A stretch of DNA of 64,000 nt from Alphaproteobacteria bacterium (lineage in GTDB: Bacteria > Pseudomonadota > Alphaproteobacteria > UBA828): positions 750,702 through 814,701 of the forward strand of contig CBDCQT010000010.1 of assembly GCA_965220745.1 (NCBI GenBank), written 5' to 3'. Shown here one piece after another: positions 1-9,514 of the stretch. Position 1 is the stretch's first letter. Each line of letters begins with the position of its first letter. The notes beneath the pieces are model-generated. The model worked only from the letters and a program-made list of their open reading frames with translations. It ran no database searches and was not told where the DNA came from. The translations under genes were made by a program, and so were the position numbers.

Positions 1-1938
1 ATGTTCCTCGCCAACGACCCCTGGGTCGGCGCCGCACACCAGATGGACGTGATGGTGATTTGCCCGGTGTTCTGGGAGGGCGAGCTCTTCTGCTGGATCA
101 CCAACTGCCTGCATCAGTACGACATCGGCGGCATCACGCCGGGGAGCTTCTGTCCCGCCGCCGAGAGCGCCTTCGACGAAGGAATCCTGATTCCGCCGGT
201 GAAGATCGTCGAGAACGACGTGGTCCGCCGCGATATCGAGGAGCTTTACCTGCGCTCCTCGCGCAAGCCCGAGATGGTGGCGCTCGATTTCCGCGCGCAG
301 CTCGCCGGCAACATGAGCGCACGCGAGCGCTTGCTGCAGCTTGTCCGCCGCTACGGGCCGCGCACGGTCAAGGGCGTGATGAAGCGCATCATCGACAATG
401 CCGAGACCGCCTTCCTCGCCAAGCTGGAGCGCTTGCCCGACGGCGCCTGGAGCGACCGCACCTACGTCGAGGCCTGCCGGCCGGGGGACCGGCGCACCCA
501 TCGGGTCCAGATCACCGTCACCAAGAAGGGCAACCGGCTGATCTTCGACAATGACGGCACCGCGCCGCAGGACGGCGCCATGAACGCCACCTACTCCGGC
601 TGGCGCGGCTCCGTCATGGTGGCGATCAACGAGCTGCTCGCGTGGGACCAGTATTTCGCGGTAGGCGGCGCACTCAGGCACATCGACTTCGACCCGACGG
701 CAGGCACGCTCAACTGCGCCGACTTCCCGGCCAGCGTCTCGACAGCGCCCACGCAGTCCATGGAGATATCGCTTTATCCCGCCTACAACGCGATCTCCAA
801 GATGCTCTTCTCGGACGAAGAGCTGCGCGGCGACATCATGGGCATCGGCGGCACCAGCCAGTGGCCGGCCACGCTCTTCCGCGGCATCGACCAGTGGGGC
901 GAGCGCTACGGCTACCTGTTGATCGACCCCATCGGCGGCTCCATCGGCGCCTTCGCCCATGCCGACGGCATCAACACCGGCGGCCAAGCGCGCACGCCGA
1001 TCTGCCAGCTCCCCAACGTGGAGCACAACGAGCAGAACTTCCCGCTGCTCGTGCTCTACCGCAAGGAGCTGCCGGATTCCGGCGGCGCCGGCCGGTATCG
1101 CGGCGGGCTTTCCGCCGAGACCTGCTTCATCCCCCACAACACCGAGCGCATCACCCAGGACACGCTGTCCTCGGGCAACGCGACGCCCACCTCGACGGGG
1201 ATGATGGGGGGCTTCCCGTCCACCACCAACGCCTACCAGTTTATCCGCGAGAGCGACATTCTGGAGCGCATGGCCGAGAGCCGCCTGATCGACGACTGTT
1301 CGCAGGTCTCAGGCCGGCCCGAGCATCTGGAGCTGCGGCAGGAGAACTTCGATCAGCACCCGGCGGATGTTTATGCGGTGCGCTGGTCCGGCGGCGGCGG
1401 CTTCGGCGATCCCATGCGGCGCGACCCGGCGAAGATCCAGCACGACCTGCTGCACCAGAACGTCACGCCGGAGGCGGCACGGGCGATCTTCGGCGCCGTG
1501 CTGAGCGAGGACGACACCACCGTCGATGTCGAGGCGACCGAACGCAACCGGGCCGCGATCAAGGCCGACCGCCTCGCACGCCTTACCAACGGCGCGACGC
1601 CGCAGCCTGAGCGCAACGGCGACCTGCGCCTGCGTGCGACCGATTCCCTCGACATACGCGAAGATGCTTCAGGCGCCTACTGGGCCTGCGGTGACTGCGG
1701 GGCGTCGCTCGGCCCGCTCGATGCCAACTACAAGGACGCCTGCCTGCAGGACGTGCGGCCGGTCTCGGAGTCGAACCCGCTGATCGGCGATCCTTCCCTT
1801 TTCGTGGACGATCCCGTCGAGTTCCGGCTGTTCTGCTGCCCCGGCTGCGGCGCGCAGATCGAGAACGAGATCGCCGTCGCCACCGACCCGATCCTGCGCG
1901 ACATTTCCATCGCCATCCCGGCCGCGCACGATGGCTGA
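1..1938 (+). CDS. Hydantoinase B/oxoprolinase family protein with C-terminal acetone-carboxylase gamma-like Zn-binding domain (probably 5'-truncated)
   Basis: NDPWxGxxH, HxxDIGG, DSGGAGRYRGG and GGGGFGDP motifs. The C-terminus has CGDCG...CCPGCG. The NDP motif normally lies ~100 aa into the protein, so the ATG at 1 is probably internal. Confidence 0.85.
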   Translation: MFLANDPWVGAAHQMDVMVICPVFWEGELFCWITNCLHQYDIGGITPGSFCPAAESAFDEGILIPPVKIVENDVVRRDIEELYLRSSRKPEMVALDFRAQLAGNMSARERLLQLVRRYGPRTVKGVMKRIIDNAETAFLAKLERLPDGAWSDRTYVEACRPGDRRTHRVQITVTKKGNRLIFDNDGTAPQDGAMNATYSGWRGSVMVAINELLAWDQYFAVGGALRHIDFDPTAGTLNCADFPASVSTAPTQSMEISLYPAYNAISKMLFSDEELRGDIMGIGGTSQWPATLFRGIDQWGERYGYLLIDPIGGSIGAFAHADGINTGGQARTPICQLPNVEHNEQNFPLLVLYRKELPDSGGAGRYRGGLSAETCFIPHNTERITQDTLSSGNATPTSTGMMGGFPSTTNAYQFIRESDILERMAESRLIDDCSQVSGRPEHLELRQENFDQHPADVYAVRWSGGGGFGDPMRRDPAKIQHDLLHQNVTPEAARAIFGAVLSEDDTTVDVEATERNRAAIKADRLARLTNGATPQPERNGDLRLRATDSLDIREDASGAYWACGDCGASLGPLDANYKDACLQDVRPVSESNPLIGDPSLFVDDPVEFRLFCCPGCGAQIENEIAVATDPILRDISIAIPAAHDG

Positions 1939-3322
1939 CGCCGCGCCCTCCCACGCGCCCTCTAACGCCCACGCCGACCTGATGGCGCGGGATGCCGCGC
2001 GCGTCTACGGCTGGCGCTACCAGCCCGCAATCCAGTTCGATCGCGGCGAAGGCATCTGGCTCTACGACGTCGACGGCAAGCGCTACTACGACCTGACCGC
2101 CGGCATGATGTGCAACGTGCTGGGCCACTGCCACCCCGAGCTGGTGGAGGTCATGCGCGCGGAGGCCGGCAAGCTCTGGCACGAGAACTCCTGGTACTCG
2201 AACCCTCATCTCGTGCGCTTCGCCGAGCGTATCGGGAGCACCCTGCCCGACGGGCTGGAGGTGGTGAACTTCGCCGTCACCGGCTCGGAGGCGAACGAGG
2301 TCGCCATGCGCATGGCGCTCGCGGTCACCGGCAAGCACGACATCCTCTCGGTGATCCGGGGCCTTCACGGCGGCAGCCTCGCGGTCGAATCCGTGACCAC
2401 CATCGGCGGCGCCCGGCGGCGTCATCTCGGGCCCCTGCTGGCGCCCGCCAACGCGCCCGCGATCTACGCGCCCTTCTGCTACCGCTGCCCGATCAACCTC
2501 GAGTACCCCGCCTGCGACGTGGCCTGCCTCACGCAATCGCGCGAGCTGATCGACCACGTGACCTCGGGCGATATCGCCGCAGTGCTGGCGGAGACCATGC
2601 TGGTCGCGGGCGGCATGGTGGTGCCGCCGCCGGAGTGGCTGCCCCGGCTCAAGCAGCTTTCCGAGGCCGAGGGCGCGTTGCTGGTTCTGGACGAAGCCCA
2701 GCTCGCGCCTGCGCGCACGGGCAAGCTCTGGGGCTTCCAGCACTACGACGTGACCCCCGACATCGTCACCTTCGCCAAGGGCATGAGCGCAGGGCTTGCG
2801 ATCTGCGGCGCCGTCACCACGCGCGAGATCGCGGAGCAGGCGCGCGGCAAGGCGGGGCTCCCCTGGGCCGGCACCTACTCCGGCGACCCGCTGCCGGCGG
2901 CGGTCGCCGACAAGCAGTTGGAGATCGTGCTGCGCGACAGGCTGGACGAGCGCGCCGCCGCCATGGGCGATGTGCTTCGCGCCGCGCTGGAGCGTGTGCG
3001 CGATACCCACGCGGTGATCGGCGACGTGCGCGGCCAGGGGCTCTACCAGATGCTCGACATCGTGAGCGACAAGGAGAGCCGCACGCCCGACCCCGCCATG
3101 GCCGAGCGCATCCGCCTCAACGCGGCCCTCGGCGGCGTGATCGTGATCTGCGTGAAGAATTTCTTGCGCATCTGCCCACCGCTCACCGTGACCGAGGCCG
3201 AGATCGAAGCCTTCACCGAGCGCCTCGACCGCGCCGTCCGCCTCGCCCTCGACGGGCACCCGAAGGACGTGGATTTCCGCGCCTCCAGCTCCCTCGCCAT
3301 GGGAGGCGTCGCCGCCCAATAG
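1931..3322 (+). CDS. Class III PLP-dependent aminotransferase
   Basis: GEGIWLYDVDGKRYYD, LGHCHP, TGSEANE, DEAQ...RTG, PDIVTFAKG (PLP Lys) and DVRGQG motifs. Overlaps the upstream stop codon. Confidence 0.9.
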   Translation: MADAAPSHAPSNAHADLMARDAARVYGWRYQPAIQFDRGEGIWLYDVDGKRYYDLTAGMMCNVLGHCHPELVEVMRAEAGKLWHENSWYSNPHLVRFAERIGSTLPDGLEVVNFAVTGSEANEVAMRMALAVTGKHDILSVIRGLHGGSLAVESVTTIGGARRRHLGPLLAPANAPAIYAPFCYRCPINLEYPACDVACLTQSRELIDHVTSGDIAAVLAETMLVAGGMVVPPPEWLPRLKQLSEAEGALLVLDEAQLAPARTGKLWGFQHYDVTPDIVTFAKGMSAGLAICGAVTTREIAEQARGKAGLPWAGTYSGDPLPAAVADKQLEIVLRDRLDERAAAMGDVLRAALERVRDTHAVIGDVRGQGLYQMLDIVSDKESRTPDPAMAERIRLNAALGGVIVICVKNFLRICPPLTVTEAEIEAFTERLDRAVRLALDGHPKDVDFRASSSLAMGGVAAQ

Positions 3323-3431
3323 TCCGCGCGACACACACCCCGCGCGCGTTCCGCGCGACACAGACCATGACCAAGCCCGGAAAACCGGGCTAATCTCACC
3401 GGCAAGACCAACGGGTTGAGAGACTGCCGTC

Positions 3432-4838
3432 ATGCGGCCGCTTCGGCCTGCAATAGGGTTGCTTTGCCTCTGTCTATGGCTCTGCCTCGCCGGCATGGCG
3501 GGGCCGCCGGCGCAGGCGGCCGACGACGACCTCGACGCGGCGCTCGACCGCGTTATCGCAGCACGCGGGCTCGAGCCCCTTGAGGCGCCGCGGCTTGTGA
3601 TCACGCCCAAGTTTCGGCTCGGCCAGATGCTCTTCTTCGACCCCATCCTCAGCGGCACGCGGGACGCGGCCTGCGCCACCTGCCACCTGCCGGGGCGCGG
3701 CACGTCCGACGGCGTGGCGCTCTCCTTGGGCGTGCGCGCCACAGGCCTCGCGGAGCAGCGCCGCGCGCTCGACACCGAGCGGGTGCACCCGCGCAACACG
3801 ATGGATATCTGGAATCGCGGCCACCCGAGCGTGCGCAACATGTTCTGGGACGGGCGCGTGAGCGAGATCGAGGCGCCGGTGAGCCGCTTCCAGACCCCGA
3901 TGATGGATTACCTGCCGGATGGGATCGAGAGCGTGCTGGCGGCGCAGGCGCTCTTCCCGCTCGCCGGCGAGGAGGAGATGCTGGGCTTGCCGCACGACCG
4001 CTCGGCGCCCGACCTTCCCGGCGGCCACGGCGACAAGCCCAACGAGATCGCCCAGGCCGCGGCCGGCTACGACGAGTTCGAGCCGCAGCGCTTCGTCGCA
4101 GTCCACGACGCGCTGATGCGCCGGCTCCTCGGCCAGGCCGGTACGCCGCTCACCGACTGGCAGATCGCCTACCGCCGGCTCATCGTCCAGGCATTTCCCG
4201 ACACGCTGCTCGGCGCCGTCACCATGGGCGACCTCGCCAATGCCCTCGGCCACTTCCAGGAACTGGCCTTCGTCACGCACGAAACGCCGTGGGACCGCTA
4301 TGTCGCGGGCGACAAGGACGCGCTCGACGCCGCGGCGAAGCGGGGCGCGCTGCTCTTCTACGGCAAGGGCCGCTGCGTCGCCTGCCACAGCGGCCCGCTC
4401 TTGAGCGACTTCCAGTTCCACTCCCTCGCCGTGCCCCAGATCGGCCCAGGTATCGACGAAAGCGGCGACGACCGCGGGCGCTTCGAGGCAACGCGAATCC
4501 CCCGGAACCTGTACCAGTTCCGCACACCGCCGCTCCGCAACGTCACGCTCACCGCGCCCTATTTCCACAGCGGGGCCGTCAAGAGCCTGGCCGACGCCAT
4601 CGCTCTCCATCTCGCCCCGCCCGCTGCGTCACCGAACGAGTCCGAGGCCGACGCGCTGCGACGTGCGAGCTTTTCACCCATGCTCAGGCGCGGCATCGCG
4701 CTCAGCGAAGAGGAGCGCGCGAGCCTCCTCGCCTTCCTTGAGAGCCTGGAGGACGCCCAAGCCGATAGCCGGGCCCTAATTGTCCCCGAGAGCGTACCGA
4801 GCGGCCTGCCCGTGCCAGCGCTGGACGCCGATGGCTGA
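3432..4838 (+). CDS. Di-heme cytochrome c peroxidase/MauG family protein, exported
   Basis: Signal peptide, LGQMLFFDPILSG, two CxxCH motifs (CATCH, CVACH), FWDGR and FRTPPLRNVxxTAPYFHSG. Confidence 0.9.
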   Translation: MRPLRPAIGLLCLCLWLCLAGMAGPPAQAADDDLDAALDRVIAARGLEPLEAPRLVITPKFRLGQMLFFDPILSGTRDAACATCHLPGRGTSDGVALSLGVRATGLAEQRRALDTERVHPRNTMDIWNRGHPSVRNMFWDGRVSEIEAPVSRFQTPMMDYLPDGIESVLAAQALFPLAGEEEMLGLPHDRSAPDLPGGHGDKPNEIAQAAAGYDEFEPQRFVAVHDALMRRLLGQAGTPLTDWQIAYRRLIVQAFPDTLLGAVTMGDLANALGHFQELAFVTHETPWDRYVAGDKDALDAAAKRGALLFYGKGRCVACHSGPLLSDFQFHSLAVPQIGPGIDESGDDRGRFEATRIPRNLYQFRTPPLRNVTLTAPYFHSGAVKSLADAIALHLAPPAASPNESEADALRRASFSPMLRRGIALSEEERASLLAFLESLEDAQADSRALIVPESVPSGLPVPALDADG

Positions 4839-4854
4839 CCGGCGTACCGCCCCT

Positions 4855-4868
4855 TGTAACCGGTTACA
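4855..4868. promoter_or_regulatory. Perfect palindrome TGTAACCGGTTACA, candidate operator upstream of aprM
   Basis: 14-bp perfect palindrome in an AT-rich intergenic stretch ~85 bp before the aprM start. Confidence 0.5.
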
Positions 4869-4951
4869 TAGGATATATGTTACCCTTCCACCGGATGAAT
4901 CGATACAGTCGCGCCCGGCGTTGAACGGAACAGGCCGACCGGGGGAATAAC

Positions 4952-5728
4952 GTGTTCACCAGTAATCCCTTTGCCGTGCTTTCGGAATCCATACCGCCCT
5001 CCGCGATACAGGCCTACGTGGGCGTCATGATTGCGCTGGTCGTGGTCGGCACCCTGTTCGACGTCTGGCACAAGGGGAGCGCCGCTTATTTCTTCGCAAG
5101 TTGGCGGAACTCACGGGGCAAGGGCACGCAGAATGTCGGCGGCGGGAAAATACTGTCGCTCGCGATCCAGACCGCTCTGGTGGAGGTCCTAACCTCTGCG
5201 GAATTCGGCTTAGGCCGCCGCCGGGTTGCCCACCTGCTGACCATGTACGGCTTCCTGCTCTACGTCGTGACCACCGTCGTCATGGTCTTCTGCCCCGCCG
5301 CGGCGACGCCCGCCGTCCTGCCCCAGCTCTGGATCGCAGGCGCTTTGCTTGTCTGCCTCGGGGGCTACTGGTTCTGGTTCTTCATCCGGGTCGACGTGTC
5401 GGCCGAGGGCCATACGCCCTTCCGCATCATGCGCGCCGACCTGTTCGTCCTCTCGCTTCTCGCCACCACGTCGCTGGGGCTGATCTGGGCCGCGCTGCAG
5501 TCGGTCGAGAGCTGGGGGACGTACATCGTTCTCGTCCTCTACCTCATCGCCACGACGGTGCTGTTCGGCTCCGTTCCGTGGTCAAAGTTCTCGCACATGT
5601 TCTTCAAGCCGGCGGCGGCCTTCGAGAAGCGGGTCTCGGAGGCGGCCGGTTCGCGGAGCAACCTGCCGGCCCCCGCCGACGAGCCCGAAACGCTCGGCAT
5701 TGCCCGCGAGCGCCCCCGCCACTACTGA
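4952..5728 (+). CDS. aprM: APS reductase membrane anchor AprM
   Basis: Multi-pass membrane protein with RRVAHLLTMYG and WSKFSHMFFKP motifs, directly upstream of aprB. GTG start. Confidence 0.88.
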   Translation: MFTSNPFAVLSESIPPSAIQAYVGVMIALVVVGTLFDVWHKGSAAYFFASWRNSRGKGTQNVGGGKILSLAIQTALVEVLTSAEFGLGRRRVAHLLTMYGFLLYVVTTVVMVFCPAAATPAVLPQLWIAGALLVCLGGYWFWFFIRVDVSAEGHTPFRIMRADLFVLSLLATTSLGLIWAALQSVESWGTYIVLVLYLIATTVLFGSVPWSKFSHMFFKPAAAFEKRVSEAAGSRSNLPAPADEPETLGIARERPRHY

Positions 5729-5771
5729 TCGGCCCTCCACCGGTCTTCGATAGAGGAGAGTACCGAACCCC

Positions 5772-6233
5772 ATGCCGACCTTCGTCTACATGACCCGGTG
5801 CGACGGCTGCGGCTACTGCGTCGACATCTGCCCGTCCGACATCATGCACATCGATAAGACCTACCGGCGCGCCTACAACATCGAGCCCAACATGTGCTGG
5901 GAGTGCTACTCCTGCGTGAAGGCGTGCCCGCAGCATGCCATCGACTGCCGCGGCTATGCCGACTTCGCGCCCATGGGTCACAGCGTCCGGGCGCTGAGGG
6001 AAGAGGCGAAGGGCACCATCTCCTGGAAGATCAAGTTCCGGGACGGTGAGGAAAAGGACTTCGTTTCTCCCATCCGGACCACGCCTTGGGGCTCGATCAA
6101 GCCGCCGGCCGACTACGAGGCGCCCACCGCCGAGGCGATGAAATCCCAGGAGCTGGCGCATGAGCCGGACGCGCTCAACATCGAGGCGCTGCCCGCGATG
6201 GCGCCGGAGCGCTTCAAGCAGGGACTCCTCTAG
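5772..6233 (+). CDS. aprB: Adenylylsulfate reductase beta subunit
   Basis: MPTFVYMTRCDGCGYCVDICPSDIMH and EPNMCWECYSCVKACP (two 4Fe-4S sites). AGGAG RBS. Confidence 0.97.
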   Translation: MPTFVYMTRCDGCGYCVDICPSDIMHIDKTYRRAYNIEPNMCWECYSCVKACPQHAIDCRGYADFAPMGHSVRALREEAKGTISWKIKFRDGEEKDFVSPIRTTPWGSIKPPADYEAPTAEAMKSQELAHEPDALNIEALPAMAPERFKQGLL

Positions 6234-8077
6234 TGGGCCTGTTCTCACGCCGCAAGACGGTCTTCGTCGACGCGGACATCCTCGTCATCGGCGGCGGCAT
6301 GGCCGGCTGCGGGGCGACCTACGAAGCCGGCTACTGGGGACGCGACCTGAAGGTGGTCTGCGTCGAGAAGGCGAACATCGAGCGCAGCGGCGCGGTGGCC
6401 CAGGGCCTCTACGCGATCAACTGCTACATGGGCATGCAGTGGGACGAGAATCAACCCGAAGACCACGTGCGCTACGCCCGGAACGACCTCATGGGCCTGG
6501 TGCGGGAGGACCTGGGCTACGACATCGCGCGCCACGTCGATTCCACAGTGCACAAGTTCGAGGAGTGGGGCCTTCCCATCATGCGGGACCCGGAGACCGG
6601 GCGTTATCAGCGCGAGGGCAAGTGGCAGATCATGATCCACGGCGAGAGCTACAAGCCCATCGTCGCGGAGGCCGCGCGCAAGGCCGCCACCGAAGTCTAC
6701 AACCGGATCATGGTGACCCACCTGCTGACGGACCGGACGAAGCCCAACCGCGTCGCCGGCGCGGTCGGGTTCAACGTCCGCAGCGGGGAATTCTATGTCT
6801 TCCGCGCGAAGGCCGTCATCGTCTCCGCCGGCGGCGCGTCGCACATCTTCAAGCCGCGCGCGGTGGGCGAAGGCATGGGGCGCACCTGGTACGCGCCCTG
6901 GAGCAGCGCATCGGCCTACGCGCTGCCGATCCTCGTCGGCGCCAAGATGACCCAGATGGAGAACCGCATCGTCCTCACCCGCTTCAAGGACGGCTACGGC
7001 CCGGTCGGCGCCTACTTCCTCCATCTCAAGACCTACACCGAGAACGCCTACGGGGAGGAGTACGAGTCCAAGTGGTACGACCAGACCAAGGCGCTGGTCG
7101 GCGACTACATCGACATGCACCCGGTGCCCACCTGCCTGCGCAACCACGCCTTCCTGGAAGAGGTCAAGGCCGGCCGGGGGCCGATCCGCATGGTGACGAA
7201 GGAGGCCTTCGCCGATCCCCACAAGGAGCAGGTCGGCTGGGAGAATTTCCTCGGTATGACGATCGGGCAGGCGGTGGTCTGGGCCTCCCAGAACATCGAT
7301 CCCAAGCACACCAATCCGGAGCTGACCACGTCGGAACCTTACGTCATGGGCTCGCACGCCACATGCTCAGGCGCCTGGGCGAGCGGCCCGGAGGACTGCG
7401 CGCCGACCGACTACCAGTGGGGCTACAACCGGATGATGACCGTCGACGGGCTGTTCGGCGCCGGCGACACCATCGGCGGCTCCGCCCACAAGTTCTCGTC
7501 CGGGTCCTACACGGAGGGCCGGATCGCCGGCAAAGCGGCGGTCAACTACGTCAACGACCTGAAGGGCGAGCAGCCGCAAGTCAGCGAGAAAGAGTACGAG
7601 GACCTCAAGACGGTCATCTTCCAGCCCCTGGAGACCTACCGGGTCAATCGCAACGAGATCGTCGCGGGCACGGTCTCGCCGAGCTACATCCTGCCGATTC
7701 ACGGCCTTCAGCGCCTCGAGAAGATCATGGACGAGTACGTCGGCGGCATCAGCGCCGCCTACACGACGAACGAGCCCATGCTCACGCGCGGGCTGGAGCT
7801 GCTGGGCATGCTCAAGGAGGACCTCGACCACCTCGGGGCCGAGGACCTGCACCAGCTACAGCGGGCGTGGGAGCTGCACCACCGGGTGCTCGCCTCGGAG
7901 GCCGTGACCCATCACACGATGTACAGGACCGAGACGCGGTGGCCCGGATACTACTATCGGGGCGATCATCCGAAGCTGGATGACGCCGACTGGCACTGCT
8001 TCACCCTGTCTCGCTACGATCGTGACTCCGGCGAATGGGCCATGGAGAAGGCCCCCGTCTACCACATCGTGGATTAG
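6233..8077 (+). CDS. aprA: Adenylylsulfate reductase alpha subunit
   Basis: GGGMAGCG FAD motif, RSGAVAQGLYAIN, WQIMIHGESYKPIV, RFKDGYGPVGA, HKFSSGS and ETRWPGYYYR. Appears full length. Confidence 0.97.
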   Translation: MGLFSRRKTVFVDADILVIGGGMAGCGATYEAGYWGRDLKVVCVEKANIERSGAVAQGLYAINCYMGMQWDENQPEDHVRYARNDLMGLVREDLGYDIARHVDSTVHKFEEWGLPIMRDPETGRYQREGKWQIMIHGESYKPIVAEAARKAATEVYNRIMVTHLLTDRTKPNRVAGAVGFNVRSGEFYVFRAKAVIVSAGGASHIFKPRAVGEGMGRTWYAPWSSASAYALPILVGAKMTQMENRIVLTRFKDGYGPVGAYFLHLKTYTENAYGEEYESKWYDQTKALVGDYIDMHPVPTCLRNHAFLEEVKAGRGPIRMVTKEAFADPHKEQVGWENFLGMTIGQAVVWASQNIDPKHTNPELTTSEPYVMGSHATCSGAWASGPEDCAPTDYQWGYNRMMTVDGLFGAGDTIGGSAHKFSSGSYTEGRIAGKAAVNYVNDLKGEQPQVSEKEYEDLKTVIFQPLETYRVNRNEIVAGTVSPSYILPIHGLQRLEKIMDEYVGGISAAYTTNEPMLTRGLELLGMLKEDLDHLGAEDLHQLQRAWELHHRVLASEAVTHHTMYRTETRWPGYYYRGDHPKLDDADWHCFTLSRYDRDSGEWAMEKAPVYHIVD

Positions 8078-8142
8078 TACTACAGTTGCATATTAGTCGA
8101 TGATGTGATGTCCTCGCTGCGTGATGGACGGGAAGAGGGGGA

Positions 8143-9342
8143 ATGATGAGTATCGCGGCCTGGTCCGGTTCCCTCGTGGAGTGGGAGGGTGAGCTGTCGT
8201 CGCTGAAGGCGCGTCTTGGCCCGGTCTTCGGCCGGCGCGAGCTTCGCGAGACGGGAAGCGCGTTTCTGGATGGCCTCCTGTCGGGGATTGCGCGCAAGAC
8301 CGGATGGATGCTGTCGGAGCACGCGGGCTTTGAACGTCCCTGGCGGATCCAGGGCCTCCTGGGCCGAAACCGCTGGGATGCTGACGCGCTGCGCGACGAG
8401 GTGCGTGCCTATGTCGTGGAAGCGCTCGGTTGCGAGGACGGCGTCCTGGTGGTGGACGAGACAGGCTTTCTGAAGAAGGGGCGTCACTCGGTCGGGGTCG
8501 CACGCCAGTACACGGGGACTGCAGGCCGCATCGAGAACAGCCAGGTCGGTGTCTTTCTCGCCTATGCCGGCCGTTTCGGCCAGGCCCTGATCGACCGGCG
8601 CCTGTACTTGCCGAAGGATTGGGCCTCGGATGAGGCCCGGCGGGCGAAGACGGGCGTCCCGGCCGACCTGACCTTCGCCACCAAGCCCGCGCTGGCACGG
8701 GAGATGGTGGCGCGCGCCCTGGATGCGGGCGTTCCCTGTGCGTGGGTCCTGGCCGATGCGGTCTACGGGTCGGACTTCGGCCTGCGCTCCATGCTGGAGG
8801 AGCGAGGACAGGCCTACGTGCTGGCGATACGCAGCAACCATCATCTGCGCTTCATCGACGCCGCGGGCTTGATTGAAACGACCCCTGCTCAGATCGCCGA
8901 CGGTCTTGACCACGACGCCTGGTCGGCCCATGCCGCCGGCGAGGGCAGCAAGGGTCTGCGGCTCTACCACTGGGCGCGGTTCGCTCTGCCCTGGGACTGC
9001 CCCTCGGGCTGGCAACGCTGGCTCCTGATCCGCCGCTCCCGGAAAGACCCGGAGAAGCGGGCCTACTATCTTGTCTTCTGTCCCGTCGCCACGAGCCTTG
9101 CCGAGCTGGCAGGCGCCGCCGGTCTGCGCTGGACCATCGAGGAATGCTTTCAGCGGGCCAAGGACGACCTCGGCCTCGATCACTGCGAGGCCCGCTCCTG
9201 GCACGGCTGGCACCGCCACATGAGCCTCGTCATGGCCGCCGCCGCCTTCCTTGCCAAGGTGACTGCCGACATGCGCCGCATGGCATGCCGCAAACGGAAC
9301 AAATCGAGTCCAGTCATGGCAACAGCCGTCTCGCCGCCATGA
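8143..9342 (+). CDS. IS701-family DDE transposase
   Basis: VDETGFLKKGRHSVGVARQYTGTAGRIENSQVGV, ADAVYG and RWTIEECF...LGLDHCEARSWHGWHRH. Confidence 0.95.
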   Translation: MMSIAAWSGSLVEWEGELSSLKARLGPVFGRRELRETGSAFLDGLLSGIARKTGWMLSEHAGFERPWRIQGLLGRNRWDADALRDEVRAYVVEALGCEDGVLVVDETGFLKKGRHSVGVARQYTGTAGRIENSQVGVFLAYAGRFGQALIDRRLYLPKDWASDEARRAKTGVPADLTFATKPALAREMVARALDAGVPCAWVLADAVYGSDFGLRSMLEERGQAYVLAIRSNHHLRFIDAAGLIETTPAQIADGLDHDAWSAHAAGEGSKGLRLYHWARFALPWDCPSGWQRWLLIRRSRKDPEKRAYYLVFCPVATSLAELAGAAGLRWTIEECFQRAKDDLGLDHCEARSWHGWHRHMSLVMAAAAFLAKVTADMRRMACRKRNKSSPVMATAVSPP

Positions 9343-9509
9343 ACGCTCTCGTGCCGACAGTGCCGGAGGTCCGCCATCTGCTCGCCAAGCTCCTTCTCAG
9401 GCCGCCGATCTGTGCCGCGTTCGTCATGCAGTGGTCTCTCTGGCGACGAAGACACCAAGCCCGTGCCGCACGAGCCCATTACAAACATCGCCACAAAACG
9501 CAACTGTAG
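9339..9509 (+). CDS. Small IS701 terminal ORF (TVPEVRHLL...WSLWRRRHQ)
   Basis: ATGA-coupled to the transposase stop. Resembles the basic C-terminal tail of other IS701 transposases. Confidence 0.5.
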   Translation: MNALVPTVPEVRHLLAKLLLRPPICAAFVMQWSLWRRRHQARAARAHYKHRHKTQL

Positions 9510-9514
9510 TATTA

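Larger units (their letters stand above)
8078..9511 (+). mobile_element. IS701-family insertion sequence, copy 1 (1434 bp)
   Basis: Perfect 12-bp TIRs TACTACAGTTGC/GCAACTGTAGTA. TTAG target duplication at 8074-8077 and 9512-9515. Confidence 0.93.

Noticed and set aside
1583-3841. Long alternative-frame ORFs (752 aa here; also 6160-7983, 20317-22209, 44842-47178)
   Set aside because: Arg/Pro/Gly-rich shadow ORFs expected at high GC, fully overlapping well-supported genes.
4952-8077. Dissimilatory sulfate reduction
   Set aside because: An AprM anchor instead of QmoABC and the absence of dsr genes in the window point to the oxidative lineage.
8080-9219. 379-aa antisense ORF in IS701 (also 10361-11500)
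   Set aside because: Shadow of the transposase on the opposite strand, with no recognisable motifs.
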